Positions 11,933-23,611 of a stretch of 32,000 bases of DNA are shown piece after piece. The stretch comes from Mycoplasma mycoides subsp. capri. GTDB lineage: Bacteria; Bacillota_I; Bacilli_A; Mycoplasmatales; Mycoplasmataceae. How positions within the stretch are numbered: position 1 is the first letter of the stretch; each line of letters begins with the position of its first letter. The position numbers and the translations under genes are program-made. Under the pieces are notes generated by a model. It saw nothing but the letters and a program-made list of their open reading frames with translations. It was not told the origin of the DNA and did not search any database. Where the stretch lies: positions 390,001 to 422,000 of the forward strand of contig NZ_CP065581.1 of NCBI RefSeq assembly GCF_018389705.1. The letters are read 5' to 3'.

Positions 11933-13311
11933 TGAACGGGAAAATATTAAGTATATCTGGTGATGTAATTGAAGTACAATTTGAAAAAAGCAATTTACCT
12001 TCAATTAATCACTTATTAACAACTCATGATAATCAAACATATTTATTAGTAAAAAGTGTTATTAATGAAACTAACATTAAAGCAATCATCATTTATGCAT
12101 ATAAACAGATTTCACTAAGCGATGAAATCATAAATACTAATAAAAGTTTTATGGTTCCAGTAGGAAGTAAAGCAAAAAACAACATTTTTAGTTTTACTGG
12201 AATTTCACTAAACAATAAAAAAGATGATAAACAAGAATATGTTGAAATGAATTCAACTATTAATAATAAAAGAGAATTAAGCACTGAATTTGAACTAATT
12301 GAAACAGGTATTAAAGCTATTGACTTTTTTATTCCAATTTTTAAAGGATTTAAATTAGGAATTTTTGGTGGAGCTGGTGTTGGTAAAACAGTTTTAATGA
12401 AAGAAATTATTTTTAATGTTAATAATAAATATAAAAACACTTCAAATATTTTTATTGGATCAGGTGAACGTTCAAGAGAAGGTATTGAACTTTATGATGA
12501 ACTAACTGAATCTAATTTAATGAAAAACTCAACTATGTTTGTTTCTAAAATGAACGAATCTCCAGGAGCACGTATGTCAATTGTTCCAATTGGAGTTACT
12601 GCTGCTGAATATTTAAGAGATGTTAAAAAAGAAGATGTTTTATTATTTATTGATAATATTTATCGTTTTATTCAAGCAGAAAATGAAGTAAGTGCTACAC
12701 TTGGTAAAAAGCCTTCAGTTGGTGGGTATCAATCTACATTAGAAAGTGATGTTGCAAATATTCAAGATCGTTTATTTAAAAATAAAAATGGAGCGATTAC
12801 TTCATTTCAAACTGTGTTTTTACCAATGGATGATTTAAGTGATCCATCAGCTGTAGCTGTATTTAATCACTTAGATTCAAATCTAGTTTTATCAAGAGAT
12901 CAAGCTGCAAAAAATATTCTTCCAGCTTTTGATCCACTAGCAAGTTCATCTAGTTCAGTTGATGAAACTTTAATTGGTAAAAAACACTTTAATGCAATTA
13001 TTGAAGTTAAAAGAATTTTAAAAGCTTATAAAGATTTAGAAGATGTAATTTTAATTTTAGGATTTGATGAATTAGATGCTGAAAGTAAAATCTTAGTTAA
13101 AAAAGCTTTACAATTAGAAAACTTCTTTACTCAATATTTCTTTATGACTGAACAATTTACAAAACAAAAAGGTCAATATGTACCTTTAAATGAAACAATT
13201 GATAGTGTTATTAGAATTATTGAAGGTAAATATATTAAACAATCTCCTGAAATCTTTTCATATATCGGTTCAGCTTTAGATTTAAAAACTGATGAAGAAT
13301 TAGGATTATAA
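11932..13311 (+). CDS. F1-like ATPase beta-like subunit
   Basis: Intact 459 aa ORF. Walker A GGAGVGKT, GERSREGIELYDEL, Walker B-like VLLFIDNIYRF, and FDELDAESK resembling the DELSEED region. Confidence 0.93.
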   Translation: MNGKILSISGDVIEVQFEKSNLPSINHLLTTHDNQTYLLVKSVINETNIKAIIIYAYKQISLSDEIINTNKSFMVPVGSKAKNNIFSFTGISLNNKKDDKQEYVEMNSTINNKRELSTEFELIETGIKAIDFFIPIFKGFKLGIFGGAGVGKTVLMKEIIFNVNNKYKNTSNIFIGSGERSREGIELYDELTESNLMKNSTMFVSKMNESPGARMSIVPIGVTAAEYLRDVKKEDVLLFIDNIYRFIQAENEVSATLGKKPSVGGYQSTLESDVANIQDRLFKNKNGAITSFQTVFLPMDDLSDPSAVAVFNHLDSNLVLSRDQAAKNILPAFDPLASSSSSVDETLIGKKHFNAIIEVKRILKAYKDLEDVILILGFDELDAESKILVKKALQLENFFTQYFFMTEQFTKQKGQYVPLNETIDSVIRIIEGKYIKQSPEIFSYIGSALDLKTDEELGL

Positions 13312-13321
13312 TTTTAGATAA

Positions 13322-13351
13322 TAAAAGCAAGACTTTAAGTCTTGCTTTTTT
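13322..13351. terminator. Bidirectional rho-independent terminator between the F1-like cluster and convergent lipoprotein genes
   Basis: aaaagcaagact-tta-agtcttgctttt: perfect stem flanked by A and T tracts, usable on both strands. Confidence 0.85.
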
Positions 13352-13366
13352 ACTAACTAATTTTTA

Positions 13367-15901
13367 TTATTCTTTTGTAATTTTTGTAAATTTAAATTTG
13401 TCTTGTTTATCTCTTAAATAACTAAATGAATAAGTTGATTCACTACTATCTTTTTTATTTTTAACTTTAGCTATTAAAGTTTCACTTAATAATTGTTCAA
13501 ATTTATTTTTCTTTTGATCTTTAAATTCAAAATTAATTTCAACACTAGATTGATCAATTGTACTTTCATTTAATGAACTATTTAATGAAGTTATAAGTTT
13601 AGATAATTGATTAATAGCATTTTCAGATTTATTATCTTTTTTACTTAGATCAATATTAAATACTTTATTTAATAAAGTATCTAGTAATGAACTTTTACCA
13701 ATTGGTTCTTTACTATCTGAAGTTCAACCTAAAATTTCTAAAGTTTTATCAGAATTTGATTTTAGAATATCTAATAAATGAGTTTTGTCTTTATAATCAA
13801 CATCTTTTGCTTTATATTCGTATTTATCAATTACTTTAGCAACATCAGTTAAACCAGTTAAACTAATATTTGAACTTTGTAGTTCATTTAATTTTTCATT
13901 TCCTTTAACATCTAAACTAGTTAACAAAGTGTCTAAAATATCAGCTACAGATTTATTTTGTAAAGGTTTAACAAATGATTTATCTTTTCATCAAGATTCA
14001 TTCATTTTATTTAAAGGAGTAGTTAGTAAACCTTTTAAGTTAAATTCTTTAGCATTTTTAAATATTTTGTCATATCCATTTTCTAAACCACTTAAAAGAT
14101 TTCTAATTATTCCAAAAGGAACATCTTTAGCACTGAATGGTAAATTTTGTGCTATTTTTTTTATTTCTTCAATTTTTTTAATAGTTGTAGTTCTGAATTG
14201 TTTAAACATTTCATTTATTTTATTTGGTAAAAATACTTCACCAGAATATAGCTGTTTAAATGAGTTTTTATCATTTTTATTTTCTGCTGTTATTGGAAAT
14301 GCAATTGGTAACACTTCTTTTACTAAGCCTTCAAAAACAAATGCTGGGATCACAGGTAAAAGACTAGCATCTACTTCTTTTAAAATGCCTAGATTAGTTT
14401 TTAAAGAAGTTAAAACAACAGGAAGTACCTTAATAAATAATGTAGATAAACAATCATATACATTGTGTGTTCCTGTTAATAAACTAGTTAAAGTATATGA
14501 TATTCATTTATATAAGTGTGGCAATAAATCATTGATAGTTTTTTTAAGTTGATCTTCTTTAGCATCTTTTGATATTACTGGTAAAAGTGGTGTTATTTTT
14601 TCATTTAAGAAATCATTAGCTAAAGTTATTAGAACAGTAACAATAGGATGAGCACTTTGATTTTCAAAATATTCTTTTACTAATTTCTCATTTTGATTAT
14701 TTCTGTCATCTTCTGGATATTCTACTTTAGTAGTTGATAAGAATAAAATAGCTAATAGTTTTTGCAATTCAAATCCATCTTTACTATCCTTATCTTTTAA
14801 TTCTTTAACAGGTTTTGCAAAGAATGAAAGTATATATTTTAAATTGATTGAAGATGATTTATTTTCTGTGATAGTAGCTATAGTTTTCTCATCATAAGTA
14901 TTTTTAACAAAATCTTGATTTGTTGTTTTTTCACCAAATAAGTTATTAGCAGATTTAGGTGTAAAATCTCTAGCACTTTCAAATAAACTTAGTTTAATTT
15001 GTAAGAATTGTAAAGCCTCTAAAATGTAACCAACAATATCTAATTCGTTACCATTTGATGGTTTAGCAGGACCATTTAATGCTTTAGTTAATGCTAAACT
15101 TGCGTCTTTTAGTGATTTAGAAGCATTTTCAACATCTAGTTTAACAGAAGTATATCTACTTCCAACTAAGCCTAGACCTACAGCATTAACTAATGATGTA
15201 TAAAATGCATTATCTAAATCTTCAGCTTTTAATTCTTTATAGTTTTTATTAACATCAATTTTTTCTTGGAATTTTTGAACATCTTTTACAAATTCAGAAC
15301 TTGGATTAGTTAATTTTTCTAATCCAGTTTTTAAATGAGGTTTAACTTTTTCAAAAAATGATTTTAAAGTAGTATTAGCTGAATCAAAACTACTTACTAA
15401 AAACATTGGATTTAAACTAGTAGTTAGATCTAATATTTTTAAGATATCATCACTTAATTTATCTAAATCAGTTGTATCTACTCCAAATAGTTTAAACACT
15501 TCATTAAATAATGGAATTGAAGGTTTTTTAATTTGATTATCTAATTTAATTTTTGAATCTAATACATTTTTATATGAATCTTTTATAAAGTAATGATCAA
15601 CAAGAGTATTTAATGTTGTTATATTACCGATATCTTTATCAGTATCTTCTAGTTTTAAATTATTTTCTTTTAATAAATTAGTTAGTGATTTTTTATTATT
15701 TTCAATTTTAATTTCTTTTAAGTTAACTTTTAGTTGATCTGCTAAAATAAGTTCTTTAGCAAATAAACTAATAGAAGTTTGAGTATTTGTTATCGAATTA
15801 TTAGTGTCAAATTTTTTTTCTTTAACATGGCAGGCAATTATTGGTAAACTAGCAGTTGTTATCATCATCATTGATGATAAAATTGCAATTAATTTCTTCA
15901 T
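13367..15901 (-). CDS. Paralogous mollicute lipoprotein 1 (844 aa)
   Basis: Start MKKLIAILSSMMMITTASLPIIAC (lipobox IAC) at 15901 with SD ggag; open with TGA=Trp to tandem TAA stops (13367-13369 first). Joins ORFs 14504..15922, 13991..14353, 13724..13927. Confidence 0.88.
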
Positions 15902-15906
15902 AATTT

Positions 15907-15940
15907 CTCCTATGTAAAACAATTTAAAAAATGTTTTACA
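15907..15940 (-). promoter_or_regulatory. Leader hairpin adjacent to Shine-Dalgarno of lipoprotein 1
   Basis: TGTAAAACA (15913-15921) and TGTTTTACA (15932-15940) form a perfect 9-bp inverted repeat next to the SD complement. Confidence 0.55.
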
Positions 15941-16106
15941 TTAAGATATTGCCAATAAAAGTAGTCTAAAAGTAGAAAATAACATAAATATAAGAAAACT
16001 ACAATAGTTTTTAGAAAATATGAATTAATTTTTACAAAATAAATTATCTTTTTAATAAAAGTAGTTATTTTTTGATATAAAGCGTTTTATAAAAAATTCT
16101 TTTAAA

Positions 16107-16142
16107 TAAAAAAACAAGATCTTAAATAATTTAAGATCTTGT
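16107..16142 (-). terminator. Rho-independent terminator of lipoprotein 2
   Basis: On the minus strand ACAAGATCTTAA..TTAAGATCTTGT followed by TTTTTT. Confidence 0.85.
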
Positions 16143-16153
16143 AGGTTAATTAA

Positions 16154-18643
16154 TTAGTTTTTTGTAATTTTTACAAATTTAAATTTATCTTGTTTATCTC
16201 TAGAATAAGTAAAGGAATATTTAGATTCAGAATTATTATTTTTATTTTTAACACTAGCTATTAAAGTTTCACTTAATAATTGGTCTGAACTATTTTTCTT
16301 AGTATCTTTAAATTCAAATATGATTTCTATATTACTATCAAATAAAGTATCTAATGAACTATTTGCTGATGCAATAATCTTAGCTAATTGATTAATTGCA
16401 TTTTCTGATTTATCACTATTTTGATTTGTTTTAAAATTAAATACTTTAGATAAAAACACATCAATTAATGAACCTTTACCAATTGGATTCTTACTATCTG
16501 AAGTTCAACCTAAAATTTCTAATGTTTTATCTGGATTAGCTTTTAAGATATCAGCTAATTGAGTTTTATTTTGATAATCAACTCCATTTGCTTTATAAGT
16601 GTAATTATCAATTAAAGTAGTAATATCAGTTAAATTAGTTAAGTTAATATTTGAACTAGATAAATCAGCTAATTTTTCATTACCCTGAATATTTAAAGAT
16701 TTTAATAAAGTGTCTAAAATATCAGCAACAGATTTATTTTGTAATGGCTTAGCAATATTTCTTTCTTTTCAACTATCAGAATCTATTTTATTAAGTGGGG
16801 TAGTTAATAAAGTTTTTAAATTTAAATGTTTAACATTTTTAAATATTTGATCATATATACTTTTAAATAAGTCTAAATAAGGTTTAGCTTGATCAAATGG
16901 GATTTGTTTTGGATCAACTCCAAGACTAGATAATTTTTCTTTAATTTCTTTTTTTACTGCTTCAAAGAACTCATCTAATTTATCAATTAAAAATACATTC
17001 CCACCATATAAAACTTTGAATGAATTTTTATTTTCGTCTTTTTCGTTAGTAATTATTGGAAATGCAATTGATAAAGTTGGAGCAAGTACAAGTGCAAATA
17101 AAAGTGCAGGTGCTGATGGAATTAAATCTTCTTTTTCTTTAACTTTGTCTTTTAATATAGTAGTATTTTTAATTAAAGAACTTAAAATAGGTGACATTGT
17201 TTTAGTAAACAATATACCTAAAGTGTCATAAGCATTTTTAGCACCAGTTAGTAAGTTGTTTGAAGCAAATGAGATTCATTTGTATAAATGAGGAATAGAC
17301 TCATTCATAAATTTCTTAATACCTTCTTTTTCATTAGGAATTAAAGCTTCAAGTTTCTTTTCTATAAGATCCTTAGCCATTATTGTTAATAAAGTAATTG
17401 AAGGATGAGCCTTTTTATTTTCATAATACTGTTTTGAATCATCTGTATCTCCTCTATCTGGATATTCATTTTTAGCAGTTGATAAGAATAGCATTGCTAA
17501 AAGCTTTTGTAGTTCATATCCATCAAGTTGTTTTTCATCTTTTAATTCTTCAACAGCTTTTTTAAAGAATGAAAGTAAGTATTTTAGATTAATTGATGAT
17601 GATTTCTTTTCTGTTATATTTGCTATAGTTTTATCTTTATAAAGTTCAGTTAGGAATTCTTGATTTGTTTTTTTATCATCAAATAAATTATTAGCTGAAC
17701 TAGGAGTATGAGTTTTAACATTTTCAAATAAGCTTAATTTTAGTTGTAAAAATTGAAGAGCTTGTAAAGTGTATAAAACAATATCTCATTCTTTATTTTG
17801 AGTAGGTTTAGCTGGTGAATCAGTTATTTTAGCTAACATTTCACCTGATTTTTGTAAAGTCTCATTTGTATTTTGAGTATTAATTTCAACAGTTTTGAAA
17901 TCTTTTGTTCCTATTCCTAAACCTATTGCATTAATTAAACTTGTATAAAAAGCAATGTCTAAATCTTCAACTTTTAGATTTTTGTATTTTTCATTAACAT
18001 TAAGTTTTTCTTGAAATTCTTTAACATTTTTTGTTATACCCTCTTTTTGAGCAGTAATTGAATCAAATAATGTTTTTAAACTTGGTTTTAAGTTTTTAAA
18101 AAATGATTGTAAAGTAGTATTACTTTTATCAAAGTTTGAAGAAATAAACATTGGATTTAGATTAACTAATAAAGTTAAAATATTTGTAATATCATCGCTA
18201 AATTTATCTAAATCAGTTGTACCTAATCCAAATAATTTAAAAATTTCACTAAATAAAGGATTTGATAATTTCTTTTGTGAATCTAATTTAATATTTGAAT
18301 CTAATACATTTTTATATGAATCTTTTTCAAAATATTGGCTGATAAGTTCGTTTGATGAACTAATATTTTTAATACTTGGATCAGTATTATCTAATTTTAA
18401 ATTATATTCATCTAATAAAAGAGCTAAGTCTTTTTGGTTATTTCTATTTTTAAGTTCTTGTAAGTTAACTTGTAATTGATCTGCTAAAATAAGTTCTTTA
18501 GCAAATAAACTAGCAGTTGAGTGGGTATTTGTTATTGAATTATTATTTTCAAATTTATTTTGTTTAGTATGACAGGCAATTATTGGTAAACTAGCAGTTG
18601 TTATCATCATCATTGATGATAAAATTGCAATTAATTTCTTCAT
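16154..18643 (-). CDS. Paralogous mollicute lipoprotein 2 (829 aa)
   Basis: Start MKKLIAILSSMMMITTASLPIIACHTKQ at 18643; open with TGA=Trp to TAA (16154-16156). Joins ORFs 17786..18664, 17276..17494, 16769..17212, 16154..16459. Collinear with the flanking paralogues. Confidence 0.88.
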
Positions 18644-18651
18644 AATTTCTC

Positions 18652-18683
18652 CTATGTAAAACAATATAAAAACTTGTTCTACA
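18652..18683 (-). promoter_or_regulatory. Leader hairpin adjacent to Shine-Dalgarno of lipoprotein 2
   Basis: TGTAAAACA (18655-18663) versus TGTTCTACA (18675-18683): 9-bp stem with one G-U pair in the minus-strand RNA. Confidence 0.5.
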
Positions 18684-18784
18684 TTAAGATATTGCCAATA
18701 AAAGTAGTCTAAAAGTAGGAAATAACATAAATATAAAAAAACTACAATAGATTTTAATAAAAAATGAACTATATTTTACAAAAT

Positions 18785-18817
18785 AAAAACAAGACCTTAA
18801 ATATTTAAGATCTTGTC
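18785..18817 (-). terminator. Rho-independent terminator of lipoprotein 3
   Basis: Minus strand ACAAGATCTTAAATATTTAAGGTCTTGTTTTTA stem-loop with T tract. Confidence 0.8.
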
Positions 18818-18838
18818 AAATGCTAATAATTTTATTAA

Positions 18839-21334
18839 CTAATTTTTTGTGATTTTAATAAATTTAAACTTATCATCTTTGTTAGTTCTAGAATAATCAA
18901 ACACATATTTAGTTGTAATCTTGTCTTTATTATTTATAAATTTAGCTTCTAGTTGTTGAGAAACTAATTGGTTAAATTTATTTTTCTTATCATCTAAAAA
19001 TGTATAAGTAATATTAAACTTTTTGTCATTAAATTCAGTGTTTAGTGAATTATTAACAGATAATAAGAATTTTGATAATAAATTAATAGTGTTTTGTGAA
19101 CTATTATTTTTATCATTTAAGTTAATATTTAAAGTTTTAGAAAATATTATATCTAATAATGAGTCTTTAGCTATCAGATTATTTTTATCTGATGTTCAAC
19201 CAATGATTTGTAAAACTTTATCTGGATTAGATTTTAAAATATCAATTAAACTAGAGTTAGTTTTATATTCAATACCACTTGGTTTATAGTCATATTTTTG
19301 AATTTTTAAAATTATGTCAGTTAAACTAGTTAAATTAATATTTAAACTTTGCAAATCATCTAATTTTTCATCTCCTTTAATATCTAAATCTTTTAATAAT
19401 TTATCTAAATTATCAGCAATAGATTTATTTTGATATTCTTTTGCAAATGTTTTATCTTTTCATCAAGATTCATTCATTTTATTTAAAGGAGTATTTAATA
19501 AAGTTTTTAGATTAAATTGCTGAACGTTTTTAAAAATATCTTCATAGTTATTTTTAAAACTATCAAAGTAATGTTGGATTAAAGAAAATGGAATATCAGT
19601 AGATTTTATAGGTATAAAACTACCAAATGATTTTAAAAGATGTTCAACTTTTTGTTTAAAGGTTTTAAACATTTCATCAGTCTTATTAACTAAAAAAATA
19701 TTTCCACTATAAAGTTCTTTAAATGAATTTTTATCACTTGATTTCTTTGTAATAGGAAAACCCACATTTAAAGTTGGTGCTATTATTTGTTCAAATAACA
19801 CAGGAAAAGCAAGGTCTTTAAAAGTTATTATTTCTTTACTTAAAAGTTTTGTTTCATCTTGAATTATTACAACTATAGAAGGTAGAACCTTAACAAATAA
19901 TGCACTTAAAGTTTCATATATGTTAGCTGATCCAGTTAATAAATTAGTTGTTGCATAAGATAATCATTTATAAAAATATGGAATAGAACGCTCAACTAGT
20001 TTTTCAACATTTTCTTTTTTAACATTAACTAATAAAGGACTAAGTTTTTTAATTAAAAAATCTTTTATTAAAACAGATAAAAGATAAATTGAAGGATGAG
20101 CTTGTTGTTTTTCATAATAATCTTTAGGATCATTAATAGTTGATGTTGTATTATAGTCAACTTTATTTTCTGATAAAAACAGCATTGCTAGTAATTTTTG
20201 TAATTCATATCCATTTTTATTATTAGGATCTTTTAATTCTTCAACTGGTTTTTTAAAAAATGATAATAAGTATTTTAGATTAATAGATGAAGGTTTATTT
20301 TTTGTAATATCACTAATTTTTTTAGAACTATAAGCATCTTTTATAAAGTCTTGGTTTGACTTAGTATCACTAAATAAATGCTCAGCAGATTTAATTTGAT
20401 AATTTTTAGTACCATCAAATAAACTTAGTTTTAGTTGTAAAAATTGTAGAGCTTGTAAAATAAAAGCTACAATTTCTCATTCTTTATTTTGTTTTATTTC
20501 TTTTTTATTGCTAATTACACTAGCTAGATTTTCACTAGCTTGTTTTAAAGAGTTATTAGTATTTTTAATATCTAGTTCAACTATTTTATAAGTTGTAGAA
20601 TTTAATCCTAAACCTATAGCATTAATTAAACTAATATAAAAAGCTTTATCAAGATCTTCTAGTTTAAGATCTTTATATTTGTTATTAACATCAATCTTTT
20701 CTTTAAAGTTATTAATGTTATCAATTAAATTTTTATCTAAATTAGATAGTGATTCTAATCAAGTTTTTAAACTTGGTTTAAGTTTTTCAAACATTTCTTT
20801 TAATAAAGAATCTATATTTGAAAAATGATTAAACATAAAACTCGGATTTAATTTAGAAGTTAATTCTAAAATTTTAATAAGATCATCACTTGTTTTTTTA
20901 GTATCACTTATATCTAAATTTAATAATTTAAAAACTTCATCTAATACAAAATTATTTAAACTTTTATTAGAGTCAAGTTTTATGTTTTTATCTAGAACAT
21001 TTTTATATGAATTTTGATCAAAATATTTATTTATAAATTGATTAGTTGATTTTAATGAATCTAAACTTAGTTCATCTTTATCAAGAACTAAATTATTTTG
21101 ATTAGTTAATAGTTCTAGATTTTTATTTTCATTCAAGTTTTTAATTTCTTGAAAATTTAGTTGTAGTTGATCTGCTAAAATGAAATCTTTAGCAAATAAA
21201 CTAATTGCAGTTTTTGTATTTGTTAATGAGTTGTTAGTTTCAAATTTATATTCTTTTTTATGACAAGCAATTACTGGTAAACTAGCTGTACTTATCATCA
21301 TAACTGATGATAAGATTGCAATTAATTTCTTCAT
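18839..21334 (-). CDS. Paralogous mollicute lipoprotein 3 (831 aa)
   Basis: Start MKKLIAILSSVMMISTASLPVIACHKKEYKFETNNS at 21334 with SD ggagg; same frame open with TGA=Trp down to TAG (18839-18841). Joins ORFs 20759..21418, 19964..20185, 19463..19801. Confidence 0.88.
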
Positions 21335-21344
21335 AATTCCTCCT

Positions 21345-21383
21345 GTATAAAACTTAAAATCGGTTAGGATAAAAGTTTTATAC
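21345..21383 (-). promoter_or_regulatory. Leader hairpin of lipoprotein 3
   Basis: GTATAAAACTT (21345-21355) and AAGTTTTATAC (21373-21383), perfect 11-bp inverted repeat immediately upstream of SD. Confidence 0.55.
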
Positions 21384-21391
21384 TTTGATGT

Positions 21392-21419
21392 TTTATAACA
21401 AATTTTAAAAAAATGCAAA
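21392..21419 (-). promoter_or_regulatory. Candidate promoter of lipoprotein 3
   Basis: Minus strand TTTGCA - 16 nt - TATAAA upstream of the leader hairpin. Confidence 0.45.
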
Positions 21420-21535
21420 GTTTTTTAATTTCTAAAAAAGTGTATAATTTGGGAAAAACATTTTTAAATTTAAATAATATGTAAACTTTATTTTTAATAT
21501 TTTAAAATTAATATAGTAAAGAAAAAAGAGGGCTT

Positions 21536-22138
21536 ATGGATAAAAAAATAATTTATCTAGCAACAACTAATAAAAATAAAGTTAAAGAATTTAGTGAAAT
21601 TCTAAAAGATTATCAAATTAAAAGTTTATTAGACATACCAGAATATGTTGAAATAGAAGAAAATAAAAAAACATTTAAACAAAATGCCTTATTAAAAGCA
21701 AAACATTTAGCTAAATATATAAATGGAGTTGCAATTGGAGATGATACTGGAATTTGTGTTAAAGCTTTAAATGATTTTCCAGGAATTTATTCTAAAAGAT
21801 GAGCTTATCCTTTAACAAATCATTATGATATATGTAATAAATTGTTAGATAAACTAAAACATATAAATCAATTAAATAAAAGAAAAGCTTATATGACAAC
21901 AGCTATTGCTTTATATGATGCAATCAATAAAAAACAATTTGTATATCAAGCTAGAGTTAATGGATATATTGATTTTCAAGTTAATAAAAGTGAATTTGGT
22001 TTTGGTTATGATTTTATTTTTATTCCTAAAGGTTATGAGAAAGCTTATTCATTAATGAGTAGTGAGTTAAAAAATCAAATTTCAGCTAGAAAAAAAGCAA
22101 TAGATAGATTAATACAATATATTGATAATGTAAAATAA
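21536..22138 (+). CDS. rdgB: RdgB/HAM1-like non-canonical purine NTP pyrophosphatase
   Basis: 200 aa after TGA=Trp readthrough: [61 protein letters not shown]. Confidence 0.9.
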
Positions 22139-22150
22139 TTAAGGATTTAT

Positions 22151-22696
22151 ATGAATAAAAGAAAAATTAATATTGTTTTATATCAACCAGAAATTGCTCA
22201 AAATGTTGGAGCAATTATGAGAACTTGTGTAGCTATTAATGCAAGATTACATATAATTGAACCATTAGGTTTTATTTTTGATGATCGTCATTTATCAAGA
22301 CCTAGTGCAAATGAGTATAAATATGTTGATTGTATTAGATATGATGATTGAAATGATTTTATAACTAAACATCCAAATATTACTTTATTTTGTTTATCTA
22401 GATATGGTCAAAAACCAATTTCTGACTTTGATTTTTCAAAAATTAATGATAATGTTTATTTAGTATTTGGAAAAGAATCAACTGGGATTGCAAAACCGAT
22501 TTTAAAAGAACATTACAATACAACTTTTAGAATACCAATGATAAGTGAAACTAGAAGCTTAAATATCGCAAATACTGTAGGAATTGCTAGTTATGAAGTT
22601 TTAAGACAATGAGACTATTTAGATTTAGTTAAATATGAAACTCAAAAAGGCAAAGATTATATTTTAAGTGAACGTTGAAAGGGAATTGAAGAATAA
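22151..22696 (+). CDS. trmL: TrmL-like tRNA (cytidine/uridine-2'-O-)-methyltransferase (SPOUT)
   Basis: MNKRKINIVLYQPEIAQNVGAIMRTCVAINARLHIIEPLGF..VYLVFGKESTGI..RIPM..RSLNIANTVGIASYEVLRQW; stop TAA 22694-22696. Confidence 0.88.
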
Positions 22697-23562
22697 TGAA
22701 CAATTATCCATACATTTTATCTGATCTTGATGGAACTATTTCTTTAAAAGATTTTTCTATTAGCAAAAAAACTATTAAAGTAATTAAAAAATATCAAAAA
22801 TTAAGTAATAACCGTTTTTCATTTTGTACAGGAAGAGTTGATGGTGCTAATAAAAAAATAGCAAAACAATTAAAAGTTAATTTACCTATAATTTCTTGTA
22901 ATGGAGCTTTAATTTCTAATTTAAAAACTAATGAAGTTTTACATGCTGATTATTTAAACAATAAACTAATAAGTGAGTTATTTAAATTAGCTCATGAGCA
23001 TGATATTGATATTGTTGGATATACTCATAATATGATGATTGGTACTTTTCATTCTGAAAGAGTGATTTCTTGACAAAACTATATGAATAAAACTAAGAAA
23101 AAATATCATTGAGAAATTAAAAAATATAATGATTTATTAGAAATTTCAAATGAATTAAAAAATAACAATTTAAAAATTGTTGAAGTAATTATTAGTTTAC
23201 AAAATCTTTCAGATGATAAAGCAAAAGAAAAATTAGATCTCATTAAAGAATGCATTAAAGATAAATTTGATTTAGTTCAATCACTACCAAAACTATTTAA
23301 CATTATGAAAAAAAAGACTAATAAGTTGTCTGGATTAAAACACTTTGCTAAAGCTTTAAATATTAACTATAAAGATATTATTGTGTTTGGAGATAATCAT
23401 AATGATATTGAAATGGTTAAAGGTGTTAAACAAGGATATTGTGTTGAAAATGGTGTTGATGAGCTTAAAAAAGTAGCATTTGAAGTTTGTGATAGTTTAG
23501 AAAATGATGGAGTAGCTAAGAAAATAGAACAAATTATTAAAGAAGTACAAAATCAAAAATAA
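22696..23562 (+). CDS. Cof-like HAD-family phosphatase
   Basis: LSDLDGTI, CNGALI, and GDNHNDIEMV motifs; ORFs 22696..23073 and 23305..23562 joined through TGA=Trp. Confidence 0.88.
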
Positions 23563-23611
23563 TTTATTTTAATTTCTTAATTAATATATTTAATTAAAAT
23601 TATTTAACATT

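Noticed and set aside
12093-12440. 115 aa minus ORF inside the beta-like gene, plus 11533..11760, 10149..10418, 8539..8796 and 2036..2266 minus ORFs
   Set aside because: Antisense to or overlapping well supported + strand genes; compositional by-products of the AT-rich sequence.
10385-13311. Annotation as the canonical F0F1 ATP synthase atpA/atpD
   Set aside because: No canonical atpB/E/F/H neighbours are recognizable, order and accessory membrane genes differ, and subunits are divergent; an F1-like X0 assignment fits better.
13929-14552. 207 aa + strand ORF
   Set aside because: Antisense to lipoprotein 1, which has a signal peptide, SD and two collinear paralogues; likely spurious.
17016-17231. 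71 aa + strand ORF, and similarly 19023..19289
   Set aside because: Antisense to lipoproteins 2 and 3, no recognizable family or SD support.
18781-19465. Suspected frameshift near the C-terminus of lipoprotein 3, because the ORF track has no minus ORF below 19463
   Set aside because: Codon-by-codon reading keeps the same frame to TAG at 18839-18841 (..DDKFKFIKITKN*); the gaps are TGA=Trp codons and lack of start codons.
13724-21418. Possible mobile element or CRISPR-like repeat array because of three repeated segments
   Set aside because: The repetition is explained by three paralogous lipoprotein genes; no transposase, direct-repeat/spacer periodicity or target-site duplication was seen.
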